A DNA stretch of 56,156 nucleotides, counting the filler, from Circinaria calcarea (taxonomy: Eukaryota), in the NCBI GenBank assembly GCA_051942165.1. It is 3 parts of 3 records of this genome, joined end to end, with 100 filler letters (N's around TTAATTAATTAA, not from the genome) between each part and the next. Parts side by side here need not be neighbours in the genome. Positions count along the whole stretch, not along the records: positions 1 to 18,743 come from JAVECS010000230.1; positions 18,844 to 37,490 come from JAVECS010000231.1; 1 more part is not named here. One strand, 5' to 3'. The notes below the pieces were generated by a model. That model ran no database searches. It was not told where the DNA came from and saw only the letters and a program-made list of their open reading frames with translations. The position numbers and the translations under genes are program-made. Shown piece after piece: positions 10,128 through 21,179 of the stretch. How positions within the stretch are numbered: the first letter of the stretch is position 1; every line of letters begins with the position of its first letter.

Positions 10128-12692
10128 ATGCCTTCTAAGATGCACGATAGGGGGCAAGACCGAGAACAGGCAGAGGGCAGAGTGCGGGATAAGCCACGAC
10201 ATAGGTCATCACGCTCCAAACGTGAGAGGTCTTCCAAGGAACGGGATAATGATGCTGGTACGCTCGAGCGTAGCAGTACCATGGCCGATTCATCCACCCG
10301 ACGCAGGTCGTCTATGCCTATCCCCGAGCTCAGACGTCGAGCGTCATCAAGCTCTCCGAATAGCAGCAAGATGAGTCTTCCATATCCGTCATTCTCCAAG
10401 GCCCATAGTCGGGAAGCCGTTGGCAGCAAGGAAAGCATTGTAGTGTCCAAAGTCAACTTATACACGCCTGATCCAACAGACCTGCAGAAGAGGGGCAGTC
10501 ATAAGGATGCAAAAGAGGCTACAGCTACATCACACAAAGCAACAGCAAACGGTCCGCCAAGTCCACCTCTAACCACTGTCGAACAAGCAGCAGTTGTGGA
10601 GGATAAGAGGCTTGACCTGCAGAGAGCTGCTGATGAATTGAGGAAGAAGTTCACCGAGGAGAGGAGACATCGGGACGCCAAGTCAAAATCTCCCTCCAAT
10701 ACGAGACGTTCGTCCGCACGGAGCAGTCCATGGCGATCGGGTAAAGGCGGCGACAGGTCTACCGTCTCTTCTTCACAACGGTCAAGATACAGCACACCTA
10801 CAAAAAACAGACCGAACCCTGTGACCATCGAGGATGGATCATCCCTTGCGAGTCGTCGGAAGTCTCGATCTCCATCCAACATTTCATCGTCCATAACGGA
10901 AACAGAAACGATGACAGAGTCTACCCTGGACTCCGGTGTCACGTCGGTTGCTCCAAAGCAGTACAGTACACAACCTCCTCTCACGCCGGTTGCAGGTGAC
11001 GATTCTTCCCCCGCATCGGACCCAGATTCATCTCCGAAAACCCCCACTCCTAGAGGAACCCCCTATCCGTCTAGCAGAATAGAGACCCCGGCTTACTTTA
11101 ATGCTGATAAGAGTGGATATATGCTAAACATGGAAGGCTCTCCGATGCCACCGCCGCCTCCACCACCCCCAGCAATGTCTATACAGATTCCGAGAGTGGA
11201 TTATCTGGTACAACATGGAGGTTTACCCCAGCCCATCCCGAAAACCTTTTTGTTCGCCCCTACGTCAGGGAACATGCCACAGGGTGTCGGCGATTCCACC
11301 GAACTCCCGGTCTTGATGTCCGCGCAAGTGCAGAAGTTCTTTGCCCCATTCAATGGTCTACTTGATGATTACAACAAGGTCATGTCTAAAAACGGTTCAC
11401 TCGCAGTTGCAACGGGATATCGGTCTATCGCTCGCCGACTACTGGATCGACTGGAGGCTGTTTTTGCACGAGATATCTCATCAGAGATTTGCACATGTTT
11501 CATGTGTCAATCAATATTCCATGATCGTAATAGTTCTGAAGATGAGCGCGGTATCAGTTGGGGAGAGATACTCGAATACGTCTGTGGCCGACAAGAGCTG
11601 CCACCCTGGCCGGCTTTTACTTTGGACTCAATGCCAGTTGGGCTAGGTATCTCTGCAACCGAGTATGGAATACCAATGCAAAAACTAGACATCGACGTAC
11701 CCGAAGAATATAGGGAACATTATATTCGGCAATCGAAGAAGACAAAGCAGTCGGTTGACTCCTGGCTTGGGAGCCAACCTACCAACCCTAGTAGTCCGCC
11801 TCAAGACGTGGACGATGATACGTTGACGTTCGCAATGCTAACCCACCTAGAGCCTCACCAGAGGTCAACCTTTACCTCATTGCTAGGGATTGCCCCCAGT
11901 CGTCCAGCATCGAGAGCAGCGACACCACTGAACGCGCCGAAGCCTGAGGTGATTAAGAACACGGGTTTCGCAATCCAACGCTTATATCGACTAGCAAGGC
12001 CCCCTCGCGACCCTGAATGCGCCATCTATCTGCTGAACAACCCAGCTCTTCACAACGTCCTGGCCACATTAGCCGCTGTTAGCGATGGTGAATGGGAAAT
12101 TCTGACGTCCGGCCGATTTGATGGCTTCCTACGCAGTGGAGCAGATGACGTTCACATACCTGCTGCTGGACCTTCGAGAGGCCCCACCCCTGCAGGCGGG
12201 CGTGGCTCTACCCCGTACCCAACGTCATCCACCCCTCTTTCAGCATCGGCTGGCGCTCCAGTTGCGATGGATGAGGAAACTGAAATCGCTGTACTCGCCG
12301 AAGTTGAACGTGAAATCTTCCTGGGAATGGAAGCGCTTGAGGATGCCTTTGAGGCTCTTCATTGCAAAGCTGAGCTAGTTCGGCGGACCCTTCGCGAGAG
12401 GGGCGCTGGTCTATCAATGGCAAGCCAAGCAAGACGTGGCGGTGCTGACTTAGAAGCCAGACTGGGCACGCCTGCGTCGGCCATGGGGATTCGTGGCTGG
12501 GATAGTGAGACGGACGATGGGATCGACGACGGCATGAGTGAATTGGCACCGGACGATAGTGCCAGTAACATCAGCAGTAGTAGGCATAGGCGACCGAAGC
12601 GGAGAAATGAAAGGAGGACGCCTGCGCCGGTAGAGGAAGAGGACGAGGATGGGAGTGACGAGTACACGAGGATATCGAGACGGCGAGGGTAA
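10128..12692 (+). CDS. Conserved-looking fungal hypothetical protein, 854 aa (S/R-rich disordered N-half, helical C-half with CxCxxC)
   Basis: Long intronless ORF with a poly-Pro tract and globular segments such as GSLAVATGYRSIARRLLDRLEAVFARDIS, CTCFMC and EWEILTSGRFDGFLRSGA. Confidence 0.85.
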   Translation: MPSKMHDRGQDREQAEGRVRDKPRHRSSRSKRERSSKERDNDAGTLERSSTMADSSTRRRSSMPIPELRRRASSSSPNSSKMSLPYPSFSKAHSREAVGSKESIVVSKVNLYTPDPTDLQKRGSHKDAKEATATSHKATANGPPSPPLTTVEQAAVVEDKRLDLQRAADELRKKFTEERRHRDAKSKSPSNTRRSSARSSPWRSGKGGDRSTVSSSQRSRYSTPTKNRPNPVTIEDGSSLASRRKSRSPSNISSSITETETMTESTLDSGVTSVAPKQYSTQPPLTPVAGDDSSPASDPDSSPKTPTPRGTPYPSSRIETPAYFNADKSGYMLNMEGSPMPPPPPPPPAMSIQIPRVDYLVQHGGLPQPIPKTFLFAPTSGNMPQGVGDSTELPVLMSAQVQKFFAPFNGLLDDYNKVMSKNGSLAVATGYRSIARRLLDRLEAVFARDISSEICTCFMCQSIFHDRNSSEDERGISWGEILEYVCGRQELPPWPAFTLDSMPVGLGISATEYGIPMQKLDIDVPEEYREHYIRQSKKTKQSVDSWLGSQPTNPSSPPQDVDDDTLTFAMLTHLEPHQRSTFTSLLGIAPSRPASRAATPLNAPKPEVIKNTGFAIQRLYRLARPPRDPECAIYLLNNPALHNVLATLAAVSDGEWEILTSGRFDGFLRSGADDVHIPAAGPSRGPTPAGGRGSTPYPTSSTPLSASAGAPVAMDEETEIAVLAEVEREIFLGMEALEDAFEALHCKAELVRRTLRERGAGLSMASQARRGGADLEARLGTPASAMGIRGWDSETDDGIDDGMSELAPDDSASNISSSRHRRPKRRNERRTPAPVEEEDEDGSDEYTRISRRRG

Positions 12693-13441
12693 CAATCGGT
12701 ACAGGAAGCCGACCTGTATGATTTATGTGCATGTATAATCGTGGGCTCTTCCATTATGCGCAAGCGCTTCATTCTCTCTAGCTGCCTGGGGATATGCTAG
12801 TAACAGTACTGATTGGAGAAGGCTTTGATATAGTGACTTGTAATCAAAGTTTCCTATCGATCTGCTTCCACTTCTATGCTATTGCTTAAAGGGTCTCCCC
12901 TACTTCACCTACAATAAAAAGCGATAGCCTTACACGTACACAGGAACGCACCTTTTTTCTTCCTGTAATGCTCTAGGTTTTTCCTACAGTGCTGAATGCT
13001 ATTCCCGAAAACGTGCTAGTTACTCTGCGAGGGATGGCATCCTCACCAATTGTGAGTAGTGTGTTTTCGACGTACCATGCTTCGACTGACATCTTCTAGG
13101 TGATCCCGTCGGGTCCTTCAAAGAGGAACACGGTTCACTCCAGATAGCAGCATCAATTGACTGGGAATGGAGCTAACTAAGTTATCATACTTTGGTTGGG
13201 TTCCCGGGTCCCAAACTCAATCACTTAGTAGGTTTAAGCACGATCACACATGATGAAGCTCTCGAGTTTCGTTGCTCTCGAATCAATATTGTGATTTCAT
13301 CTTAAAAACACCACAGGCCCTCTGAGACAGTATCTATTTGGTGCACTTCGTTGTCATAATTCTAGGGTGTATTTAACTCTTGTTCACCTCTTGCTCAAGT
13401 TTGCTTTGGTTCATTATATATAATATATATGAACCTTCAAT

Positions 13442-15262
13442 ATGCGTGACTCCCTCCCTGCGTTGAAGAATCTTCAACGGACCAATGGGGAACTCTCAGA
13501 CTTCCAGGCGTCATCGAACCGTCAAGACTCGGCTTGGACTTTGGGCAATGCAACGCTTAGGGACAGTGTAGACTATAGCAGTCCAGAAACTCAGCCGGGA
13601 GGGAAAGCAGGCAGTACTCCGCCTTCGCAGCGCAGCTGGCGGGCGTACATGGTGCTACTTTCGGGGTTCCTGATGATGATGAACTGTTGGTAAGTAATGC
13701 CGTCTATGGGCATGTACTATAGACTTGATGAACGAAGAGTCCTTGCGCGCAAATCTTCAAGAGTACTCTCATATGCATACAGAGGGCAGAAGAGCTTAAA
13801 CGTACTGTGATAAGCAGACGTGCTGAGGATATATGCTAAACACGGCTTGCTAACTTTTATGTATTTCAGGGGCCTCATCTTGTCGTTCGGGGCATTCCTC
13901 GGTCTATACGACAAGCACCTTCTTCGCCAAACACCTGATCTCGCACTCGGCCTCATTGGCGGTACCCAAGCCTTCTTGGTGCTTGCTCTTTCCCCCATCA
14001 TCGGGCGTCTCCTAGATGCTCAGCATCACTATTGGGTGGGATCCATTGGTTTTCTCCTCACCTTCGTCGGATACTTTGGATTGAGCTTTACGAGCAAGGA
14101 TGGTTTGGAGAATCAAGGAACATACTGGTCGATTTGGCTTACAAACACGATAGCTGGCGTTGGGGAAGCCTGTGTGTCCACATATGGCTCTCAGAATGCT
14201 GCCCAGTGGTTTCCGGATCAGATGTTTGTGGCGATAGGCATTACCTCTACCGGTGTGTCTGTTGGTGAGTTGACGTGCAACTTATGCAAGGATTATCTAA
14301 CCGAGAGTGCAGGTGGCCTTGTATACCCGCTGGCCGTCAAGTACCTTGTCGGCCGCTTCAGCTTCCCCGTCGGTGTCCGAATCTTCTCTGGCATTGTTGG
14401 CGCTACAGCATTCATTGCTGCTGTGAGTGGATCGCCGAGTCCGAATGTAAAAAAACGCAGCTTGGGGCCTGTTTCGAAAGCCTCCACCTGGATCGACAAG
14501 CAGGCATTCAAAAGCGTCGCTTACAATTGGTACTGTGCATCGATCTTCGTTCTTTTCCTCGGCTACTATGCACTCCCGTTCTATATGACCCTATGGGCGG
14601 CGAACAAAAGACTTGGCATTGAAGAGGACATTCAAGGTGGCAATGGGGAGTTACCTGGGAACGGTGGCTTTCGCAGCTTCTGGTTCCTGTCGATAATGAA
14701 TGCGTGCGGCTTGTTTGGGCGAATTGGAAGCGGATACATCGCCACGAAGTACGCCCTCAATGTCTATAAACCTTTAGCCCTCCTCCATCTATTCACTGTT
14801 CTGGCCCCTTACTAATCCTGTTCCTCTGTCAGACTTTCCTCCCCACTGCTCACTACAGCTCTCTCCTCCCTCGCCGCCGGAATAGTCTGCTTAATTTGGT
14901 GGGCCCTCACCATCAGCACCCCCTCCGCCATCGCCTTCTGCGCCATCTACGGTATCCTCGGCGGCTCCATCATGGGACTCCCCGCCTCCTGTGTTGCCTC
15001 CATTATTCCTGCCGCCTCTGCCACGTATCTCGGCCAATGGACGGGTATGATGTTTGCGATTGGTGCGGTGCCGGCATTGGTGGGACCGATGATTGCGGGC
15101 GCGCTGCTCCGGAAGTGGGGAGAGAATTCGGTGGGGTTCTGGACTGGGGGTACCCTGGTGGTTGCGGGAATTTGTCAGGCGATGGCGTGGTGGGTGTTGA
15201 GGAGGGAGCAGGAGAGGGAGAGATGGGTGGAGAAAAGGTTGGAAAGGAGTGAGGTGGCGTAG
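13442..15262 (+). CDS. MFS transporter, monocarboxylate (MCT/MCH-like) family, 4 exons
   Basis: After splicing intron 13690-13869 the frame reads WGLILSFGAF; also IGRLLDA, AQWF and GLFGRIGSG motifs and many TM segments. Further introns near 14265-14312 and 14749-14832. Confidence 0.9.
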
Positions 15263-15727
15263 ATATGGGATCCGTAGGGAGCATTGACGAATCATGTATT
15301 ATGTATGTCTTATTGGAGATTAGCTAGCATCTGCGCCTGGTGGACAGAAATTGCCGTCGAAAGTCATGAAATTAACAGGATCTTATAATTAGACCACTTC
15401 TGCACTTCAACCTCGATCTTGGTCGATTGATGCAAGTCCATGTTAGTGTACAAAGTAGAACAGAGTTTTGTACAGAAACCATGCAGACTATAGACATTCT
15501 TCACATCCAGCAGCTAACTTTAAGGCGATGGTTATAAGTTATGTTACATGGATTGCCCACTGGGATTCTGTAGCATATCCTCTGAACATGAGGAATTAGG
15601 GCTGATTCCTTGAATTCTCCTCTACTAGGGGATGTTGCAGGTCTCCTTCCGAGACAACTGGCTCAGGTCTGTGTTCTTCCTTTGACCCAACCAACACGGA
15701 CTCCATACTTGTCTCGTCAGCGACGCT

Positions 15728-17164
15728 CTAAATTGCACCGCCCTCACTCATGCTATCATTCCGTCCTTCCGCATGACTCACGTTCTCTGGAGTGAGAGCA
15801 CCTCGCTCCGTCATGCCAACTTTTCTCGGGGATGCACTCAATACCGCCTTTGCAGCCGGCTCCACTCTGACGTTAGGAGCGTCAGCCGTATCGGCTACTT
15901 TGTCAGTCTCAATGCTGGCAGAAACATAGTTCTCGGCCGCTAGATTTTCCTTCTCCTCAGCCATCATTTCACCCTTCTCATACGACTCCCCTTCCTTGAC
16001 TCTTTCGTTATCTTCACCTATTGAGGGTGCAACCTTGACCTTCTTGCTGTTGTTAAGACCCTCAATGGACCAGTGCTGATCCCCCTCTAGGATAATACCT
16101 CCTCCCTGTATATTCTTATACGACTCGTCGTCAATGACTTTTCTGTCACCAGTAATAGGGTTAAAACCCCAACCAAGCCTAAGCCACCTCCATCTCAGGT
16201 ACGCTCGAAGCTCTTTGTCCAGCGGCAGCACTCGTGTCCACTCCTTTTGCATCTCCGACTCGATATTCTCGGGAGTCAATTCGTGTGGCAGCCCTGTCGG
16301 TCTTCCACGAAGCTCATCTCTACAGAAAATTCGCCAACTATCAATTGCATATGCACCAATCCCTGGTAAATGACCGATTTCCCAAGCCACTCGTGGATCA
16401 TCATCATCGATGGGACCATCACCAGCTTTGACGTCCCTGCCATCGTTCTTTTTGGGATAATGCAGACGTCGGTAGCGCTTACCCTTTTGCGGTGGATTGT
16501 CCAACCAAGCCTGGGCGAGTCTGATACACTTATGTGCGCGCTGATTCTGCAAGCCAAGGTGTTGAATCATCTCGAGGAGATCTCCGTGTTTCGCAGAAGC
16601 GAGGTCGGCGATCGTTGGATATCGTGTCATGACATCGTAGAAGACTGGCATCGAAACGCTTCCCCTTGTCTTGTTCAAGAAGATGGTGGCAATGAGAAGT
16701 CGGAAAGGGTCATTACAAAGCCTCTCTTGAACAAGTCCGAAGGATGTATTTTCGAGAGCGGGAAAGGGAATGCAGGAGACTTTATCTTTAGGAGATTTAG
16801 GAAAATATGGGGATTTCTTGGAATTTCTTTTGGACCGTGCCTTCGCTGTAGGAGCTGGCGTACTTGGCAACTGGGAATCCCCAATCTCGCTTTCCAATAT
16901 AAGTTCGTGATATGGATAATCACCACTAGAGTGCATGGGATCGATTAGTGGACTAGAGGGTAGACTAGACAATGGGCTGGAATAGTCGCTAGGGTACTCG
17001 AAGAAATCCATCCGCTCTCCTGATCCTGATGGTTCTGTATGCTTTGCAAGTCCTCTGACCTTCAGCCGAACCACCAACGACTTCCGCCTAGGTCCGGCTT
17101 CTCCTAACACTCCAAAGACGGGATCCTGGGAGAACCTCGACATCTCCTCATCTGAAGCGGTCAT
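15728..17164 (-). CDS. HhH-GPD DNA glycosylase, MBD4-like (T:G mismatch glycosylase family)
   Basis: FGLVQERLCNDPFRLLIATIFLNKTRG, LGLQNQRA and HLPGIGAYAIDSWRIFC match the MBD4-type catalytic domain. May extend upstream into 17167-18162. Confidence 0.9.
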   Translation of the reverse strand: MTASDEEMSRFSQDPVFGVLGEAGPRRKSLVVRLKVRGLAKHTEPSGSGERMDFFEYPSDYSSPLSSLPSSPLIDPMHSSGDYPYHELILESEIGDSQLPSTPAPTAKARSKRNSKKSPYFPKSPKDKVSCIPFPALENTSFGLVQERLCNDPFRLLIATIFLNKTRGSVSMPVFYDVMTRYPTIADLASAKHGDLLEMIQHLGLQNQRAHKCIRLAQAWLDNPPQKGKRYRRLHYPKKNDGRDVKAGDGPIDDDDPRVAWEIGHLPGIGAYAIDSWRIFCRDELRGRPTGLPHELTPENIESEMQKEWTRVLPLDKELRAYLRWRWLRLGWGFNPITGDRKVIDDESYKNIQGGGIILEGDQHWSIEGLNNSKKVKVAPSIGEDNERVKEGESYEKGEMMAEEKENLAAENYVSASIETDKVADTADAPNVRVEPAAKAVLSASPRKVGMTERGALTPENVSHAEGRNDSMSEGGAI

Positions 17165-17166
17165 GC

Positions 17167-18162
17167 TTACTGAATCATCGGAGATTGAAAATCCGGACCG
17201 TTGGCGGTTGCCGTATCGTCTTGCGTCGGTATATATAGCTTAGCTAAACCTAGGTTATAAGAAAGCGTTACACCGCCACTCTCGCCCAGTAGTTCATGTT
17301 CATCCCTCTTCTTTCTGTTCCTTTTCCCCTTCTCGGTGGTTTTCTTTGAGCCCCCGACGCATTTTGCACCAGTGTCATGTTCTTGTTTGTCGGGAGTCTG
17401 TTGCCTTAAACCAGGGTGTTCTTCCACACCTTTCCTCTTGCCCTTCTTCCTTTCTCCCGAATTGAATATGATTTTATTTGCGTCTTCGTTTTCAACTGGT
17501 AAGGCTAACGATGCGGAATCGACGTTGTTTTGCTGGACATGTTGCTTGTTACTGGCTTCACCGTCGTCCAGAAGAACCTTCTCAGATATCAATACCCTAC
17601 TCTTTTTGGCCTTGGGGCTATCCCCCATATCGGTTCTCGATATCTTCGACGCTTCAACAATATTTGGGCACTGCTGATTGGAAGGTTTTTCAGCGGCTCC
17701 TTTATCTGCTGCGGGTGCTTGGGCAATCGGCAAGGGTTGCGTGTCCTCCGTGTACTGCTCATCATTGGGGCCACTCGTCCCTATTTGGCTTTCTTTCTCC
17801 TTTCTAGATCTCTCTTTCGTCGACTTCCTAGTGCCATCCTTCGCGAAATGCCTTGAAGAGTGTACCGGTTCTATAGAGTTGGATACGCCATTGCTGTTAT
17901 CTTTGATGTTGCGACCTGATCCTCCACAGGTCGAGACTGCCGGTCCAGCGGCTGGAGGAAGACCTTGCACTCCGGGCTTGCCATCAGAACCAGGATTGTG
18001 CTTCACTCGCTTTTCTGACTTCTTCTCCGCGTTGGTTAAGTCTACTGGCGGCCTTTGTTTCCTTCTCTTGTTAGACTGTGCCCGGTCCACGCCTACTATG
18101 TGCCTTCGCTTTAGTAAGCCCTGCTGAGCACCTTCTGCATCCGTCATTTGCGACTCACTCAT
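17167..18162 (-). CDS. K/E/S-rich disordered ORF, probably the N-terminal part of the MBD4-like gene
   Basis: 331-aa ORF with NLS-like clusters; it stops 2 nt before the next ATG, in a different frame. Confidence 0.5.
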   Translation of the reverse strand: MSESQMTDAEGAQQGLLKRRHIVGVDRAQSNKRRKQRPPVDLTNAEKKSEKRVKHNPGSDGKPGVQGLPPAAGPAVSTCGGSGRNIKDNSNGVSNSIEPVHSSRHFAKDGTRKSTKERSRKEKESQIGTSGPNDEQYTEDTQPLPIAQAPAADKGAAEKPSNQQCPNIVEASKISRTDMGDSPKAKKSRVLISEKVLLDDGEASNKQHVQQNNVDSASLALPVENEDANKIIFNSGERKKGKRKGVEEHPGLRQQTPDKQEHDTGAKCVGGSKKTTEKGKRNRKKRDEHELLGESGGVTLSYNLGLAKLYIPTQDDTATANGPDFQSPMIQ

Positions 18163-18309
18163 GTGAGGCCTGCCGACTTCACCTGTAAGACTTTCTGGAT
18201 AGAATTCGAGCCATCTATCTGATCTTGTAGTGCAGAATGACCGCTATTGTAATCCCGGCAAAATCCGCGAGCTTTAACACTTGCTAATTCGTCTTTACCC
18301 TGGGAACTT

Positions 18310-18743
18310 CAATTGCGCGCGCGTTTAAATATAAATATATTTTTAAAACCGGCGTTACGCGTCGCACGCAGAATTTGAAGCGGGGGATTAATTAATATAT
18401 ATATAAAATTTTTTTTAAAATAAGTGCGCCGGTGTGCGCCGCCACGCGCAACGCGTTATAAATTAATTTCTATTTATATTTAAATATAAATATATTTTTA
18501 AAACCGGCGCTACGCGTCGCACGTAGAATTTAAAATAAGAAATATTTTAATATATATTTATATTATTATTAAAAAATAATGCGCCGCCACGCGCAGCGCG
18601 TTATAAATTAATTTTTTTTATATTTAAATATAAAAATATTTTTAAAACCGGCGCTACGCGTCGCACGTAGAATTTAAAATAGAAAATATTTTAATATATA
18701 TTTATATTATTATTAAAAAATTATACGCCGCCACGTATAATAT
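18310..18743. repeat. AT-rich tandem repeat, about 3 units of 144-155 bp, RIP-like decay, truncated by the gap
   Basis: The anchor AAAACCGGCG(T/C)TACGCGTCGCACG recurs near 18345, 18500 and 18644; very TpA-rich. Confidence 0.85.
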
Positions 18744-18843
18744 NNNNNNNNNNNNNNNNNNNNNNNNNNNNNNNNNNNNNNNNNNNNTTAATTAATTAAN
18801 NNNNNNNNNNNNNNNNNNNNNNNNNNNNNNNNNNNNNNNNNNN
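18744..18843. other. Artificial assembly spacer (44 N + TTAATTAATTAA + 44 N)
   Basis: The 12-mer at 18788-18799 places stop codons in all six frames. Confidence 0.97.
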
Positions 18844-19228
18844 GGAGAAGGATTTGGGGGGGGGGGGGGTTGCTAGGGACGATTTGTGGTTGTATGTATG
18901 ATGTAGGATGAGGATACCATGACTGGGTCAAACAAGTAAATGGTGAGGAGATATAGTCCCTGATGGGCTTGTTAACGATAGCTATATCCATACCCCTAAT
19001 CATCCATTATGCAAGCTTTTCTTCTTCTTTTCTACGCTAAAGCCGTTCCCCCGTAGATGGCACTCAGCTCAAACAAGATGGTCCTGAATAGAACAACAGG
19101 GTTTAAAGATGAGGGACATGGCAATAAAAGGTAGATGATCCGCCAGAAGCCCTTCCGTGTCTGTCATAGCAGTAACGGCACAAAGATCCTCGACGATGAG
19201 AGGCCGCAGGGCGTACACCTCCTTGCAG

Positions 19229-21179
19229 TTATACTTTCTCCGGATCGGCGATTCCACCACTGGTGATGATATAGGTGGCTTCGCGTTCGGGGCAATCTGG
19301 TCGAGTTGTTGTGATTAGTAAAAGACCGACCAAGGCTGCTAGACTAGGGCGTGATATAGATGGGAAAATAACCTGGAGAATCTTGAATCTTAGCCACGCG
19401 TTCCTCGCCACGGCCTTTCCGAAGGAGAACTCGAGTCGTCGATGCGTGAGCGAGGATATGACCGCCGACTGGCTTACGGCCATCTGCACCTGCGAAGAGA
19501 GCGTTGGCTCCGGGGTCGCTTTGGACTTGGTTGGTCTATCCCTGTCGTCAACTTTCGATGACTTGGGTAGAGGTTTATTGAGTACCATGAGAACACAAAC
19601 GTTGAACTCTAGCAACTTGTTAGTGAATGTAATGGCCAACGAGCTTATGGGCCAAATTACCTTCGGCCATATGTGCCAGCTTTGAGAGGAACTGGTTGAG
19701 CTTCTGCTGACGATCGGCGAGTTCTCCACGGCCACAGTAGTCGACACGAAAGCAGTTCATGATGCTGTCGATGATGAGGAGACGAAATTCGTTGCTGGCG
19801 AATGATTGTGCCAGAGAGTTGAGGAGTTCAAGTTGGTGCTAGAACAGCTAATGAGCTTGCACAAAACCGCAAAGGGATAAGTGATTTGGTACTTCGCTGT
19901 TAAGAGCACGAGCATACAAAATATTTTCCTGCGTATTCTCTGGATCCACTACTAAACTTCAGAATAGCCTTCAGCAGACAGTTCGTGTAGGATGTCGTAC
20001 ACCCGAATCTTTCTGCAATTTGTGCGATCCTACCAAAGTCAACGCCATGATTTTTGTAGTGAGAGAGGATACAATCGTACCTTTCGGGTCTGAAAGTGCC
20101 TTCCGTATCTGCACAGCAAAAAAGGTTGAGAAACAGCGCTCTTGGAATATCAGAGTGATTACAAAGTGCCACTCACCGATGTAAGCGACTTTACCATCCG
20201 CACCTCCCATATCCTACTTTGTTACTCGAGGCCTTCGTCCTTGGAATAGGAGCTAACCTTTGGCATCTAAAGGTACTTTAGTAAAATTCATATGAGCATG
20301 AGACATTACCGAGTACTTGAGCCATTACCGACATAGTATGAGACAGTTGCGTTTTCCCACATCCTACCGGTCATAAGTATACAGGTGCTCACGGCCATAT
20401 CACTGCAGTGCTTACTAAATTCACCGTAGACCTGTGGAACGGAGTAAGCCGCCAGGTTCAGACTTTGTGGCTGGTAGAAAACGTACCTCACTGATACTCA
20501 TGCTTTGGAAACCTCTATCACTACGTCAGCGTACTCATGTTCCCTCCAGATTATGCCATGTATATGAATACCCGCCAAGAATAGCATCGAGTTGCTTGCT
20601 GCCGGTCGAGATTCTCACCACCCTTTTCCGTTGATGGCCAAGTTCCATGGCGGTCATGAAGCCACATGTAGTGGGCTAGATTGGAAACCATCTTAGTACC
20701 AAACCGAGAAACCCACCTGCTATCATGCAGACAACCACCCTATCATCGCTGCAAGACCGGGCCGGTGGGACGCACCTGGCATTTTGCAATAGCTTCTTTG
20801 ACCTTCTCCACCTTGACTTCGCTGAAACCTTTAATCTTCAAAAGAGTCTTGCGGGTTGCAGCGTGAACAGACTATCACAGCATTGGATTAGCCATCGATT
20901 GTCCAATTTTCCAAATCGGAAGTCGAATCTCACCGCAACAGTGTAGTAGCCGTTACTTTTGAGTTTAGTAATATCTGCCGCTCCGACACCTTCCAAGTAT
21001 TAGGAAACCTGCTACAGATGTGCCAAGCAGTGTTCACAACTAACTGACCATGGGCTTGTATGCCGTCGATATCGACGATGAATTCCTGAAGAGTAGGTAT
21101 CAGTCGGGATTGAAAAGGCTGACTCTCTGATCGAAAGTACCTCGTCATCGATATCGTCTCCGGTCGTCGAGGCCGGCAT
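19229..21179 (-). CDS. DMC1: Meiotic recombinase Dmc1, about 17 exons
   Basis: The manually spliced product reads [26 protein letters not shown]...[38 protein letters not shown]...[21 protein letters not shown]...[30 protein letters not shown]...[12 protein letters not shown]...[17 protein letters not shown]. Confidence 0.95.

Noticed and set aside
18310..18743. Regularly spaced GC blocks resembling a CRISPR array
   Set aside because: The intervening sequences are near-identical, the context is eukaryotic and there are no cas genes; it is a tandem repeat.
18788..18799. TTAATTAATTAA palindrome (also 37535-37546)
   Set aside because: Synthetic linker inside N runs, not biological.
20677..20775. 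Internal TAGCAG|GTGGGT in a DMC1 intron suggesting a 3-nt exon or nested intron
   Set aside because: It would leave a 41-nt intron and the upstream part lacks a clear branch site; a single 99-nt intron explains the protein.
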